Assembly: GCA_963797095.1 (NCBI GenBank)
Contig: CAWCNY010000003.1
Location: 256,001-320,000, forward strand
Length of the DNA stretch: 64,000 nucleotides
From: an uncultured Chloroflexia bacterium
GTDB lineage: Bacteria; Chloroflexota; Chloroflexia; QHBQ01; JADMIH01
Reading direction: 5' to 3'
The position numbers and the translations under genes were made by a program. This document shows, one piece after another, positions 63,064 to 64,000 of the stretch. Below the pieces are notes generated by a model, which saw only the letters and a list, made by a program, of their open reading frames with translations, did no database searches and had not been told where the DNA came from. Numbering within the stretch: position 1 is the stretch's first letter; each line of letters starts with the position of its first letter.

Positions 63064-63630
63064 ATGACTAGCACAACGTCGAACATACAGGAGCAGACAA
63101 CCACAAGGAACACATGGACCCTCGATCCGGCCCACACAGCCGTGAACTTCTCGGCCAAGCACATGATGGTCACTACCGTGCGCGGCAACCTTGGCCCCGT
63201 CAGCGGAGCTATCGAATTGGACGAGAACGACTTCACCAACAGCGAGATCGAGGTCGTGATCGACGTGGCTAACCTCCACAGCCGCGACGAGAGGCGTGAC
63301 ACTCACCTCAAGTCGGGCGACTTCTTCGATGTGGAGAACTTCCCTTCAGCCACGTTCAAGAGCAAGAAGATCGAGCGCACAGGCGACGATACATACAAGG
63401 TTTTCGGCGACCTGACCGTTCGCGCCACTACACGCGAAGTAACGCTCGATACTCAGTTCGAGGGTTTCACCAAATCCCCCTGGGGTACGCAGGTAGCGGC
63501 TTTCAGCGCCACAACCAAGCTGAACCGCAAGGACTGGAACCTGAACTGGAACGTCGCGCTGGAGGCCGGTGGCGTGCTCGTGGGCGAGAGCGTCAAGCTG
63601 GAGATAGATGTAGAGGCTATCAAGCAGTAA
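63064..63630 (+). CDS. YceI family protein
   Basis: WTLDPAHT, RDTHLKSGDFF, GDLTVR, WNVALE. Confidence 0.92.
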   Translation: MTSTTSNIQEQTTTRNTWTLDPAHTAVNFSAKHMMVTTVRGNLGPVSGAIELDENDFTNSEIEVVIDVANLHSRDERRDTHLKSGDFFDVENFPSATFKSKKIERTGDDTYKVFGDLTVRATTREVTLDTQFEGFTKSPWGTQVAAFSATTKLNRKDWNLNWNVALEAGGVLVGESVKLEIDVEAIKQ

Positions 63631-63700
63631 TTGCGCGATAAATTACGTGATAAACGATCTGTTTCTAAGTAGAGTGAAACATGAAACTTAGCGAATTTTA

Positions 63701-63822
63701 GGTGCAGCTTCGCAGGTGCGCAAGCTGCACCTAAAAAGAGCGAAATTGGCGGCAAAGCCGCCAATTTCGCTCTTTTTAGAAAGCCCCTCCCCAAAATATG
63801 GGGGGGGGTTGGGGGGGGGTCT
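63701..63822. repeat. Composite hairpin element (ggtgcagctt...aagctgcacc, 49-bp inverted repeat, gcccctcccc hairpin)
   Basis: ctaaaaagagcgaaattggcggc-aaa-gccgccaatttcgctctttttag at 63731-63779. Confidence 0.8.
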
Positions 63823-63892
63823 CTGGGCTCGCCCGATCTGTTTTACGCACGAATCGTAAATTTGGGACGACCTAAATGACCCTTCGTGCCCA

Positions 63893-64000
63893 TCACTCAT
63901 ACATCATGATCAGGTCGGTGATGGGGCGGCGAGGGCGGCGTGGCGGGTCTTGCGCGCCCCAGCCTAGCTGTATGAGGGCGTGCGGGATCAGGTCAGGTTG
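63893..64000 (-). CDS. 3' end of a probable nitroreductase-family gene (partial)
   Basis: QPDLIPHALIQLGWGAQDPPRRPRRPITDLIMMYE* resembles a nitroreductase C-terminus. Confidence 0.5.
   Translation of the reverse strand, partial: QPDLIPHALIQLGWGAQDPPRRPRRPITDLIMMYE

Overview
This is a GC-rich bacterial window, most likely Chloroflexota, because two proteins carry the phylum-typical 'FPETGH...YWxxHGGLAQQGYPI...YFERAVFE' module. The left ~4.6 kb looks accessory. It holds a Tn554-TnpA-like tyrosine recombinase that runs off the left edge and is missing from the ORF track, a probable yhcG/DUF1016 3' remnant and a C-terminally truncated MalT-like regulator. The rest is mainly metabolic: an osmoprotectant ABC transporter, an ECF sigma factor with a two-component system, an Arg T-box-controlled arginine operon, a sulfur-carrier cysteine operon, asd-hom-ask, ppc, deoC, a pseudogenised Gfo/Idh/MocA oxidoreductase, a BTAD-regulated FabH/FabG/acyl-CoA ligase/hydrolase/ABC cluster, and marR-yceI. 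The two strongest leads are: (1) a DUF1611/DgcN-like P-loop protein leading the argC-argD-argB-carA-carB operon where argA/argJ would be expected, a candidate new N-acetylglutamate synthase; and (2) an unannotated Cys-rich leader peptide plus terminator ahead of a CysM/JAMM/Ubl-E1-rhodanese operon. Intergenic DNA is dense in REP-like hairpins, a covarying bipartite hairpin family, a ~135-bp dispersed module and heptamer tandem repeats. I saw no rRNA, tRNA or CRISPR array. All family assignments come from motif recognition by eye, not database searches.
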